Shown here: piece by piece, positions 46,778 to 61,922 of the stretch
How positions within the stretch are numbered: position 1 is the stretch's first letter
How the letters are laid out: every line of letters starts with the position of its first letter
Origin: Rhodosorus marinus CCMP1338
Taxonomy: Eukaryota; Plantae; Rhodophyta
Assembly: GCA_029953675.1 (NCBI GenBank)
Contig: JAMWBK010000006.1
Span: 1,612,001-1,676,000, forward strand
Direction: 5' to 3'
Length of the DNA stretch: 64,000 bases
Notes under the pieces: model-generated
What the model was told of the DNA's origin: nothing
What the model saw: only the letters and a program-made list of their open reading frames with translations
Database searches by the model: none
Position numbers and translations under genes: made by a program

Positions 46778-48516
46778 GATCGTCCTCTAAAACTACCAAC
46801 AAAAACATTCGATCACCCCTCGTCAGCCCCAGCCCGGATATGACTCAACAGATAAAAGGTGCCTCTCTACTACTCCATCTCTGCTTTATTTCATAAAATC
46901 CAATCGTCCCATTCACGAATTATAATCAAGACTGCATCCTATATTCTCTCAAATCCTTTCAATCGTTCCTTCAACTCCCACACTACCACTATAGTGAGTA
47001 GCTCCATTTCACAACCCCTTCCCCATTCCCACTCGAAACCCTCCATCAACGCCATCCTTTAAATAACGGCTACTTATCATCAATCACAGAAAGAAAAACC
47101 GGTCTCCGTATTTCCCGAAAATTACAAGAAAAAAACACCATCCAGTTCTGTTCTCCATCAAAAGTCGCTGTGCGATAGAAAACTCCGTTTCCCCGGCAAA
47201 ATCGATTTTTTTGTTTTTCCGAAAAACTAAATTCAACACGTGGAGAGTAAAAAACGGGTAACATGGGACGTATAAGTCTGCGGCCCGGAAACTTTTTACT
47301 AAAAAACAAAACTTTTTAAATGGATCTCTAAGAACTAAAAAGGGCCCTGCTGCTGCGTTCCCTGTGGAGACAGCTGATCACGTTTATTGGAGAACTTGTT
47401 TTTTGGTTGTTTTGTCACGCAGTCCATCAAATCTGGTCGGAAGCTTTTACTATAAATGGGCTGACGGCTGGAGATTTGTATTACGATACTTTTTATGTTG
47501 ATTCCGAATGACCGTTTCTACTTCAACGGAGAGGCACACAATTGCATCATTCAGCACCCCTCTGGGGAATTTCTACCGGTGAACTCTGAGGAGAATCCAA
47601 GAATTTTTTTTTTGGGGGGGGCCCTGTAGAGGAAATAGTGTGGTTTGTTTTACTTCAAAAGAATATATTGCTAAGTATTCGTTGGGATTACCCCTGCGAG
47701 AATTATGTGGATAGATCTGGCGAAGCAATCATGAGGGGTGATGTGACCGATATGGCCGTATTCACATCCACTCCAGTATTCAGGGTTGATCATTAGTACA
47801 AGTACTGCTGTACTAATATCCTCGGTAGGTAGGTCGGTGATGTAGGGCCGACCTGCACATGGGTGGGCGGGCGGGGGGGCGGTTAGCAGAGTTCCTTCGT
47901 TGAGACCGTAATGTGACAGTGAGCGAGGTTTTTAGAGAGCATTAGAAACGTAGGTTCCTATCGCTCTCAAATGTTTCGTTTTGCGTTCATGGCATTGTCA
48001 ATAGGACTGAACGAACACGCGCTCTGAAGCGTCGTCTGGATCCTAAATTGTCGTTCACTCCTTTGCTCGCACCTGCGGTAAGTCAGCTTTTGAAGAATCT
48101 AAAGAACAGAACCATGAAGCTCGTGAGGCTGCGTGCTCATGTTCTGGATTCTGGAAACATGTTTGTTTATCTGGTTCATCATTCCGTCGGACAAAAAGTG
48201 ATCTTCTGAAACGGAGATGGCCGGAAAACTGCGTACATTATTGTCGTCAATCGTTTCACCAATGCGTGCAAAAGACGCTGAACAGCAATATTGTAGATAT
48301 TCACAACAGACGGCTGGTTTGTGTGACCTTAAGTACCAGAAGACTACGGAGCAGCAGTCTCGATCGCGTTGAAAGAGTTGTTTTTTTTGTCTTCGTCGAT
48401 TACATATTGGAATCCTGATGTAAGCTCTCTATACACAGATCAACCATCTGCGCTTCGTGCAATGGCGACGTCGGTACGAGACACAGAGGTATTGCATTCA
48501 ATAGCATTCACCGCAT

Positions 48517-49775
48517 CTATGTATGATAGAAGTCCTCCCATACAGGTAAGTCATCCCTTCCATAGAGATGCAGCACGAGTCGTCGAAGCATTCGACTAGA
48601 ATCTAAGTAGAGCTCTGTGTGCAGTTTGTTGCCTATGTAAGTCTTATCGTCCAGGCTGAGTCGCTCCAGGTTCTCGCAGTTTTCGCAAGGTTGCGAGTTG
48701 ACTTCTTTCAGCTCCTCATCTGGATCCACTTCAAGGGTCCTTCCAAATGCAGCTAAGCACGGCGCAATGTGCTGGACTTCGCTCTTGAAGTCGTCTGCCA
48801 GCTGCTCGTACATGACAACACAAAAGCTCTCCGGGGGGAAGTATTTGAACCTTTTTTGGGCACGAAAAATTCTGCTGAGTGAGAAGAGCGCATACGGCCC
48901 ATCATAGAACACAAATCAAGACCTCGCACGGATTCGCTCTCTTTAAATACTCCGGATTCCTAGACTAGAGAGAGAGATCCACGAAAACAGTTGTTTTTGG
49001 ACTACAGTACTGATGCTCAAACTTACCAATGCAGCAGCATTGGCGCGTAGATGCCATGTGAGAAAATCTGCTGGAGTCCAGTTATATGTCTGGCAACTAT
49101 TTTGTTTTCCTCAATGTTGACCTTAGCGTCTTTGTAGAACTCGGCATTCCTAGTCATGCATTGTTTGAGCAATTGCAGGGGGCCATCTTGCTGGTTCATA
49201 CAGTCCACGATGATAGCTGGTATGTACTTGACCATCAAGCTGTACGAATAGTCAAAATCCTTGAATGCCCGTCCATGTAGTTCTTCTGCGAGAAACTGCG
49301 CGTGGATATGTTTGTACCAAGAGTATGCTCGCGCAGCTGGATCTCGGAAGGATATAATAAAGCGCACCCGCTCAGGGTCCACGGTATTCAACATTCTTGG
49401 TGGCACGTAGCTTGCAGCTGCATAGTCTGGAGTAGCATCTATTCCGAGGTCCTCCGAAGTGTTCCTTACACCGTAGCCGCCTGAGTACCATTCAAGCCCG
49501 CGGCCGAACTCCACGTCAAAGAAATGTGGTTCCTTCCGTCTCCACTTGGGTTCGGTGATTCCCTCCGCCATCCGTATGTCCAGAGTTCTGTGAAACGCCA
49601 GAAATACCCATAACGCAGAAGAACCGGCCTTCTGAACCCCGATAAAGAACAACTCCGGACAGAGATGATCCCCAATCCTCCTTCGCGTACAAACATTATC
49701 CCGAGCACCGAATACTGCAACCTCAACAAGAATACCAAGCCCCAGTAGCACCCCGAGCAGTCTCTTTCGATTCAT
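48517..49775 (-). CDS. Type II membrane PAPS-dependent sulfotransferase (heparan-sulfate 3-O/NDST-like fold), 2 exons
   Basis: N-terminal TM segment, 5'-PSB loop FFIGVQKAGSSAL, KEPHFFD, DATPDY, 3'-PB motif FRDPAARAYSWY, and the GIYAPMLLHW/FKYFP splice join. Confidence 0.88.
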
Positions 49776-50084
49776 CTGCTTCGCGATCGACTGGTTAATA
49801 AACAAAACGAAAACACACTGCCTCCAGGACCCCACCACTACAGACGACAAAAACCCGGGCAGTCAGCTCACCCAACCATCGCGTAGATTTTTATCCTAAA
49901 CCCGGCATAGTACAGCGTGAGTTCATACCACAGAAAAAAGAAGCCTTCCGTTAGATAAATGACCTCCAGGTCAACAGTTCGAGTAGTCCGAGATTAGCTC
50001 CTCTGCTGCAACCCCAACCTTCCGGACTAGGTTTTAAAGAGAAGATCCTCTTCACGAAGTAAGTCGTAAGCCTCGGTCAACTTA

Positions 50085-50500
50085 GTACAAGTAAAACCTG
50101 TATAAATAAAATAATTGAGTCATTGTACGTCCGGAAAAGGTACTATATCACCAAAGACTCGTCCGTTCTTAGTACAAGCTCCAGACATGTATTACTAAAA
50201 TAATTAAATACAATGTGTACCGTAGTAATGTACTATGTACGAAAACCGTTTACACGACAACGTATGAACTAGTACAGAATACTATTCTGTATAGATAAAT
50301 ATTTTTTGTGTATTGTACAAGTATTTTTTTTGGCCCTAAGAACTGATCCAGCTCTCGGAGGGTGACTATTAAAAAACTATTTTCACTTCAGATAAACTGA
50401 TAAGATTGTATTTTGGAAATATTAAATGTTTTTATCGTGTGACAGGAATATTTAGATGTCACCAACGGTGGTGGATTTGTTCAGTACTGGTACCCGGTAC
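50085..50500. promoter_or_regulatory. GTAC-enriched, palindrome-rich divergent promoter module
   Basis: Nine GTAC sites in 50085-50318 and three more in 50484-50500, plus a perfect TACAGAATA-C-TATTCTGTA palindrome at 50273-50291. Function is inferred. Confidence 0.4.
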
Positions 50501-50748
50501 TGATGCTAAGTTGGTCGGGTAGGGCCTGAGGGTGTTTGGAGAGAGTGGCTTGACTTTGTTGATCATTGTCTTAGGGGCTAATGTGTTAGGTCTTATCGAG
50601 TAAAAAACAGTTTGGTCTGCTCGAATCCTCCCTAAGCAGTGTAGCTTCTATTTGTGCGACGTGGAGGGGTGCGTTGGGTTCGCGTTTTAGGTAGGAGGCT
50701 TGTGACTTTTGTAATTGCTAGGTGAGCTTCAGTTTTTGAGGATTCGAA

Positions 50749-51477
50749 ATGACGACGGACCTGCATTTAACAAAAGGATGGGTCACGGTGAAGTCGCTTG
50801 CGGGGAAGGAAAGGAGGTGGATGGTTCTGCGAAATGTTATGCTCAGTTGCTTCGACTCGGATGTGAGTTGCGAGCATATTCTGAAATACATTGATTGCGG
50901 AAAATATTGCTCGCTGAACATTGTAATTGTTTGGAGTTTTCTATCATAACCTTAGTTTCACATTGATTCGTTGTCTTGTTTGCAGGATTCACTCCAGTCC
51001 ACGTGCTTGTGGTCGATCTGCATTGAGAATGGAAAAGTCAACGCGTATACTACAACTCACACCTTCAAGATCGTAGTGATGCCGAAAGTTACCCGTTTCA
51101 CAGTAGGCTCGGCGAAGGAATTTAATGAGTGGACTGATGCGCTCAAGGCCGTTCCAACGAAGATCCGAGAGATAAGCCGCGGCGTCTCAAGTATTGATTC
51201 CTCTGTGCTTCAAGATGTTCATGAACCTGAAAAGCAGAATGATCCAACTCACTCCGAGATTCAAAATGAGGCCAGTCAGAGTCACGATTCGTAAGTATTA
51301 ACCTGCTCGTCAAATTGGGTGAAGTGGGAAAGCTGTATTAACCAGTCGTCCCCAAAAACGACGTTAAACTTGTGCAGGACGTCAGGCAGGCCACCAGGGC
51401 ACCAACGCAAGAAGTCCTTGGGCGGTTTAATATCACACATACGTCTACCATCGTCCTCGGGAGACCCGTCAACCTAA
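50749..51477 (+). CDS. PH-domain protein
   Basis: KGWVTVKSLAGKERRWMVLRNVMLSCF (beta1-beta3) and SAKEFNEWTDALK (C-terminal helix). The 3' exons are uncertain. Confidence 0.65.
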
Positions 51478-51830
51478 CCCGTTTGCTCGGGAGGGGTGGA
51501 CTGCCCTCGGAAACTGAGCCTTCCGAGAGCTCACGAGTTGCTGCGACTTTCGATGGTAGGGGAGACGGTGCGCTGAGGAAAACGCTTTTCAGTGTTCATA
51601 TTTTGCGAGGTTCTCAAGCACGGGAAGTTCACAGCCCTTCTATTTGCAAGAGCGACTCTTTCTCGCCTTTTCCGAAAGAGGATTGATCGTAGCTTTTGCT
51701 GGGTTTTCTTTTTCCGATTACTATCTCTTTGCTTGTTTTATACACATGTCCTCGATATCGAGTAGCGTGGAAACGGTTCTATTGTCATTAATCGTACTTG
51801 TCAAAAATTTCTCATTCCATAAAGGTTTAG

Positions 51831-54619
<2,789 letters not shown>

Positions 54620-54821
54620 GTTTGCAACATCCCGTCTCACACGGGAAAAAAAGAAAAACTACCCCAGAACTGGGGAAGTGGGGGCGGGGAGAGAACACCC
54701 GAACAAAACCACTGCCCGTGTACAAAACAAACCCAACAAAATCAAAAAACAGACCAAAACACCTTTCAACTCATCACATCCATCGCTCTTCACACAAGGT
54801 ATTGGTCCATGCCTCCATTCA

Positions 54822-54845
54822 CTCTCTCTCTCTCTCTCTCTCTCT
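54822..54845. repeat. (CT)12 microsatellite upstream of the MYST gene
   Basis: Read directly from the sequence. Confidence 0.9.
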
Positions 54846-55742
54846 TCCAGAGAGAACCCTCTAGGCTTTATATACCCTCTCTAACTCTTTCCACCAAAAG
54901 TCTCCCATCATTGAATGAAAGATAACTCTGACTCATACCATCAAACCAAAAAAAAAAAAAAAACCACCCGAAAAATAAAATAAAATAATCCTTAGGCCAC
55001 TATCTTACCAGGCCGCATACCCCTTAGGTTTATTAGTCACTTAGTTGGGAGCAATTAATATTATTGAAATACTTAGCAAAAAATGTTTAGATAAGAGGAT
55101 CCTGACGTCCTACCCCTATTCGCAGACAGAATTTCTGCAAGAGTTCATGGACAGTCTGTCCTTCTATTATAAAGATTGATCCATATAAAATGATTGATAT
55201 TTAATATATCTTTGGAAAAGAGGTTTGAGGGCTTGGGGTTGGCGGTTCGGAATTCTTTCGTAAAGCGCTTGTGGACGGGCTGTGGTTTGTCTTGGAATGT
55301 TGGACCTAGAAAACCCTATACCTTAGCATGTATAGAGCCCCTTACGAACTTCTCGTGAGAGAATGCGTAACCTGAATGCCAAGGCTTCGTTGAGGTTCCG
55401 GCTCTGGTTCTGTCCCGTGCTGTGGGACATAAAGGGAATCCTGTTAATCGACGGTTTCAGGCTTGGGAAGCTGGGACACGGACTAAACAAGGTATGATGC
55501 GGATGACGTCTCTCATCCTACGCTTAAGGCTTCGTTTCTAAGAGCTAGTGGGAGACGATTAACGATAACCTGTAGTGTCTTAACGTCACCCTCCCCCCAA
55601 AAACCTCCTTCCTTGCCGTCTAATGTGTCGGGTCGTTACCTGGGACAGGACATCATGTCCATCAGGAGAAGCATAATTTGCGGGCTGCAGGAAGAGAGGA
55701 TGGTGGGATTTTCCTAGGAAAGGTTGTTCTGAGTGAGAGACG

Positions 55743-57655
55743 ATGGATGCTGGTGCAGAAGCTGCACTTGACTTGAACCACAAGGACTCTGCGGTTAAGC
55801 CACAGAGGCCTGGCTTGGATGCGGTGATCCTCGCTCTCGGAGAAGCAGATTCTGGTCTTGACGTTTTGGCCCGGGATATACCGCGAGCGCTGTTGCCGTT
55901 GGGTAATCGACCTCTTCTTTTCTACACTCTTCTTGCTTTAGAGCGATCCGGTGAGTCGAATCGATTGCGAACCTACCGCATTCCTTGTCCGAGTGCTGAC
56001 CCATAGTTCGCACGGTGACGCAGGTTTTGATCAGGCTCTTGTTGTAACCTCTAAAAAGTGGGCCTACGGGGTTTCATCATACGTTGATGAGCTATACGTT
56101 CTGGACCCGCTTGTTCGAAGCTACAGAGATTCCGTAGATCACCGTACGGAGCCTACATCTTCATTCTCGGTTGTGACTTATCCGGTTGAGGATCAAGTGG
56201 GTACTGCAGAGGCGCTCAGACAGGTGCGGTTTGAATGGACAGATTTCAAAGGCCCTCATGTCTTAGCCTTCTGAAACCATGTCTTATGCATTTTCTGTAG
56301 GCCAGCTCCAGGCTTGAAGGCGACATGTTGGTACTCACTGATGACCTAGTGACCACAGATCTTCAGATATATAAAATAGCGGATGTGCATAGAGCGACAG
56401 ACTCTAGTCTCACCCTGAGCTTTCTAGGTCTCCCGAGCAAGGCAAAGTCCAGGGATTCCAAGTCGAAATCCAAAGGAGACCCGACAGTTTCTGAATGCGT
56501 CGCGTTTGGGGTGCCTGTAGACGGGACATCTCGTGATGGACTAGCTCGCGTCCTTGCTATTCAACCCGACGCAGATGCGTACGACTCGTTCTACGTTCCA
56601 GGTTAGTTTGTAAGGATTGTAAACTTGTTTGAACTCTCGCCCCGCCGAGTTACCTGAAACCCTCCAACCGCTTAAAATTTTGTCCAATGTACCTTAGGGA
56701 ATCACCTTCGTCTCTTCCCAGACTTGAGAGTCCGACGAGATGTCAAAGATTCTCATCTGTACATTCTTTCCCACTTTGCTGTCGATCTGCTTGTGAAGGA
56801 AAAGTCTCTATCTTCCTTGAGCAGAGACTTTGTTCCGTTCCTTGTCCGCAAGCAGCATAAACTAGGGTTCGCAACGCAAGGTACGGCTTCATATAGAAAA
56901 TCCCGGAATGTCATAGCCGAAGCTTTCTGGCTGAGAACATGGAGATGTTACTGACATTTACAGGAGAGGAAGGCCATGAAAATTATCGGATTCGACAGCA
57001 CCAGATCCGCGCAACCAAGGAGGACCCAGTAGTCTGCACATCGTTCGAGGTCGGAGATGACTTTGCAATGAGAATCGACAGTATTGCGGACTACACGGCG
57101 GCAAACAGAATGCTTGTCTCCGGAGCTGTTCCTTATGTCGACGATTTGCTGCAGAGGTTGGTTTATGTATCGCTGTCATACAACGAGGAACCATGGGAAG
57201 GTGGTTTGTTATTCATCGCGAACTTTGCCTTTTTCATGCGTGACTAGGCATGGGTTTGTCCCAGGTCAGAACACGAAGATCGGTGGAGACTGTTGTATAG
57301 GAAAGAACGTGACAGTTGGAGACAAGAGCATAATCCAGAAGTCCACGATTGGAAGCAACACCAAGATTGGAAGTTCCGTGAAGATAACTAACTGCATCGT
57401 GATGGATCATGTCAGCATCGCAGACGGATGTACCATCAGCGGAGGTGTCATAGGAACTAACGTACAGATTCGTGAAAAGTATGTCTTCCCAACCAGTTGG
57501 ATTTTCTCCCTTTCGAATTGGTTTCTAAACACTGCGTGTTGATGGATCCTCCAAGGAGCTCCCTAAAAGAGTGCATCGTTGCGTCTACGGTGAACATTGG
57601 GAGCAATGAGGACCTGCGAAATGAAATTCTTGAACCTGAAGCAGGCGTGCTCTAA
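55743..57655 (+). CDS. EIF2B3: Translation initiation factor eIF2B gamma subunit
   Basis: Nucleotidyltransferase-like N-terminus (DAVILALG...IPRALLPLGNRPLL, GTAEALR, DSHLYILS), left-handed beta-helix (IGKNVTVGDKSIIQKSTIGSNTKIG), short C-terminus SLKECIV...RNEIL. No W2 domain. Confidence 0.9.
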
Positions 57656-57828
57656 GAAGACATAGTGCCATACACCTGACGGACGGATCAAATAATGGGC
57701 ATCGCTGTACGGGCTCCAAGCGTTGAAGTGGCCATGGTCCATGCCAAGCGGAGTACGAGTACGCCACACTGGGTTAAAATACATTAACAAGTATGTAGAG
57801 TTCTCTATTCACAAATATGACTATTTCC

Positions 57829-60311
57829 TCATATAGAGGCACGATCGCCGAACGAGTACAACATTCCCGAGGCGAACCCGCTCGCTTCACTCAGCGTCGG
57901 TGGTTTCGTTTCCAGTGGTCTAAACTTCTCGCGCAAGGAGCTTATGAATCTCCTTCGGTATCTTGACGGCGGATTCACGCTTATCTGCATACATTCAAAG
58001 GTTGTCCACTTGTAAGTAAACTCGTGGGTTCCTCACGGTAGTGCGTTCACGCGATTAGCACAATGCAATGAGGACTTACTCCAGAAGAACAGTACCGACA
58101 AGCTTTCCCCACAAACTCCATTTGTTTCCGCTTCGTGTACGGCTGCAAAATGTCAATGATGCCAAGGCAAATTCGGTAGGTGATGGTTCTTTCACCATCC
58201 TGGCCAACGTACTGCTGGTAGCCGAAGACCCATGGCGCAACTTTCTCGTCTTCCCCGTAAACATCTTCATGAGTCCTCTCTCCCGGTATGACTTCGCTCA
58301 AGCCCAAGAGAAGGGAGTAATCCATAATGCCCTCGTCCTCTAGAAACTCGGAATCCCTTTCGATCTGGAAGAGGCGAAAAAAAAAACCCAAGCCGAAGTT
58401 AGCCCTGTGACTGCAGATTCCTGACAAATAACCCGTGACCGCGAGTAAGTCTCATTGCGCTGCGTACAACTGTAAGGATCCGATCCAGCACTTCCGGATC
58501 AAAATATAGCGGTTCCATGTCAAGATCTTTCAGGGTGGCAAAGTCGTTCAATTTCTCCTTCTCCGAAGCCCTTCGATTGATCACAGAGCCCTACGGAGAA
58601 AAGAGGATTCACGGGTTGGATTTTTTTGAGAAAAACTGCGAGTTGCGGGAAATCGAAAAGGAAAAAATCGTTCTCAACGCAAAACTGCACCTTAAGATCG
58701 TATTTCCTATCAATGTACAGGCCCCCGCGGAATATGCTCCCCATGGCAACGAGGCGAATATGATGTCTTTGGGCAGTCTTTATGTAAAAGCTTGCCACAA
58801 ACTTTGTCAAGAGTGTGTCCGGATACCTCTTGATATGCTTCACGTATCCTGGAAGCATCAATTTTAGCTTCTTTTCCTCATCCTGATTTGACGAAGCAAG
58901 AACGATGACGGAGCTGAGGAGCTACGGATCGAGTAAGAAAGTTTCTGCAATCGTTGGGGCTACAACTACCTGCGATATGGTCTTGATGAAGTACTCCTCA
59001 TCTTCTGTAATGTAGAACAGTGCCCCGCTCCTACCCGGAGTTGGAAGCTCTCGGATTTTGGCTTCTGACGAAACGCTGTCCAGAAACTCTGCATCAGATA
59101 TACCAAACGTCTCTCGAATCTCCTTGTACAGATACGGCGCGTGATGCGCCCAAGTTGTGCGAGAGACTTCTGTTTCTCCTCCAGAGGCTGCTGCACGTAG
59201 TTCAAAAACAACTGACACTTTGCTGTCCTGTCCGTTGAGCTCCGGCGGCTTGGATTCAGAGTTCAGGAGCTCGCTCGTCTGTCTCAGTCCCACCTGCATT
59301 CAATTGAGGAAGGCCTTTCACTTCTACGAACCCATCGAAGGACATCGCTGATACCAGTTCTTACCTGGAAAGCAAGAACAATACTCCAGCTCGGATGGCC
59401 TTTGAAAACTACCACCCCATCTTTGACCTTCTTCTTCCTTCTGCGCCCCTTGTTCACCTGCTTGCCGGCTTGCTTGCCGACCTTACCGACTCGACTAACG
59501 ACCCGAAACTTGGACAGCTTATCAGTCCTCTCCAATAGGTCTTGATCTTCACTATCCCCTGCTTCCAAGTCCTTTGCCTCCGGAGGGACAACTGGCCTGG
59601 AGAGGAGTAGGTAGTTCACCCTCCTCGTCGTTAGTTGAGTAGACAGTGCTGCATGTGACGAAGAAGAATGTGGCCCTGGATTTGACAAAGTCCTTCGAAC
59701 AGAGTCCTAGGTATTCGGGGCCATTGTTTATCAGGGAAGGGCGCCAAGTCAGCATTTCAGTACGGATTTGACAATTCCGTGCTGGTACAATGGGAGGAAT
59801 CCCTTGCATCGGTGCTGAGTTTTGGCCAGGTACCTACCTCCGCTACAGAATAAAACCTCGTGAGTTCGTCCTCGTCATGGGCATTATCAACTTGCAGATG
59901 GTTTAAGTCTGGCAACGACGCAGGCTGTCTTGATCCTGACGAGATATGTGGCTGTACCTGCTCTTCAGACCGCTCCAGAGGCGTGCCAGCACTACGCAAA
60001 ACACAAAAATTGGAGATCGCTCGTAAGGTTCATTAGCAAGTCCGGGTTGTTTTGGCGGAGGACAACATCGATCTCATTTGTTTTGAAATGGAGATCTGTT
60101 TCCAATTCTGGATCATCCAAGCTGCTAACCTCGTTGCGTTCAGCCCAGTTTTTTTCTTATTTGGGTTCAGCCCCGTTAGGATTCGAGATATACTCTGAAT
60201 ACCCGTGTTTTTCTTACTATCAGCGGTTAAGGAACTATCCGCCATCAGCGGTTCACTTTCCAAGAGAACAGCATTGTCCACGTCCTCACTGGTTATCTTG
60301 AGGTCATCCAT
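57829..60311 (-). CDS. PIP5K: Phosphatidylinositol-4-phosphate 5-kinase (no MORN repeats)
   Basis: HAPYLYKEIRETFGIS, PGRSGALFY, IKTI, MLPGYVKH...TLLTKF, YDLK, TLKDLD, FLEDEGIMDYSLLLG, LGIIDILQPY and ISVNPPSRYRRRF. Confidence 0.93.
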
Positions 60312-61922
60312 TGGCCGCAGTTAAAAGCCCTCCTAACTATTTTTCTGAACAGCAGGCAGAAGCTGGAAGAAGTCCTCTGCAGATTTCAGCCAAACGCCAG
60401 AGCCTCAGGAAGATACTGCAAAGTTCCAATTCCAAAACACAGACGAAAGTATACAAAAAGTGCACCAGACAATGTCCGCACAGAAAAAAAAAAAAGACTG
60501 GGCAAAACAACCCGCCCTCTATATGTAGATAAGTCAAGTATTTAAAAAGTAATTCCCACAACCTGTTGAGCAGCGATCCCTCGCTGTTAAACCCAGCCTC
60601 ATCTCACACCAGCGGAGCAGCGTAGCACATCAACTCTCTTCACGGCATCCATTTCTTCAGTCGAACTATAATTTCATCTGGGGTAACGATCGAAATGAGT
60701 AGAAAAACAACTTCTCCGCACTTCAACCTTCCCTTGAAGTCCAGTCCCTCTCTAACCCAACCCGTCAAACCCAAAGATTCACTCCCACCATCACTGCTGC
60801 TCCTCCTTCCCACCCTATCAGCAAAACCGCGATTTCCAATTTGTTCACTTTTTCGAACCATGACATATCCTTTATTATAGAGGAACTCGTCATAATTAAC
60901 TAAAATATGAACCATGCTTCTACAATTCATCAAAATCGATCGAATTATCTAAGCTTTACGAAAAAAAGGTTTGTTTATCGTAGATATTGTCAGTTCAATC
61001 CCCAAAAAGTCAAATCGAGCAAGACGTTTACGAAATACATGACAATAATTTTAAAATGTATAAAAGTAATTTCTGGGGGCTCGCCGCTACCATCCTCATC
61101 TCCTATTCATGCATTCATTTTTTACTTTAAAAACGAGAAAAGTACACTGAGTACGGCAAAATATGAAAAAGGTACATTTATTGATGCTGATACACATTTG
61201 AAAAATACTCTTAATATGAAATATTTTGCCATTACGAGCCGGCCGCCAAAAAGTGGGAAAAACGAACGCTGCAAATGGACAATTTTCCGGTTGTGTCTTT
61301 ATTCCTTTCTCATATATATTCTGCTATTTCCTCTATTTACCCCTGTTTTGAGGATTCCATATTGGTTCATCATATGAAAATTTGAAATTAATTAGGATAG
61401 TATGTGGTAGAGAGCTATTTCAAATAAACCCCTGGGGATTTGTGATGTAAATAATAATGGTTCCAATGATATTGAGATACGTGTCCTATACGAACGGAAT
61501 TAAGGAGCTTGCCGTTCATGGACAACTTGCCGGTCCACTAGACTTTGGTCTTCGATCTCATCATGAGCACAGCCAGTCTAGTTTACACACGAGTTTCAAC
61601 ATGCGGCCATGTCAGGTGGAATGTCGTACTTTCTATCCTGGCAGAATATTAACTGTCTAAGATGACGTTGCGATAATGTATCGCGACCATGGGGGCGACT
61701 GGTAGATGGGCAAAATCTTTTCGACGGAATATTGTCGTGCTTGAGTGAAGGAGGCTAAGTGAGGAGGCAAATCCTTCAAATTTTACGTTCGCTAGTCCTT
61801 TGCCCGCAAAAACAAATCGGTATCGATATAGTACAAACGCAAACGACTGTCGTCACATCAGGCTGTCGTCTGATAGAGACAGTCTGCGATGTCATAATGT
61901 CGTTCAGACAACCGCAACTAAA

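Noticed and set aside
46112-46843. 243-aa antisense ORF over the coiled-coil gene
   Set aside because: Typical shadow frame of E/K/Q-rich coding DNA (L/F-rich antisense) with no motif. The same applies to 21894-22559, 5873-6478 and 34392-34895.
55632-55690. U1 snRNA-like pair TTACCTGG ... GCATAATTTGCGG
   Set aside because: Lacks the 5' ATAC, and only about 30 nt separate the motifs, so stem-loops I-III cannot fit. It is probably chance or an antisense splice donor.
60907-61377. 156-aa AT-rich ORF as an organellar or foreign insert
   Set aside because: K/F/I/Y composition simply reflects AT-rich intergenic DNA; no recognisable organellar or viral motif.
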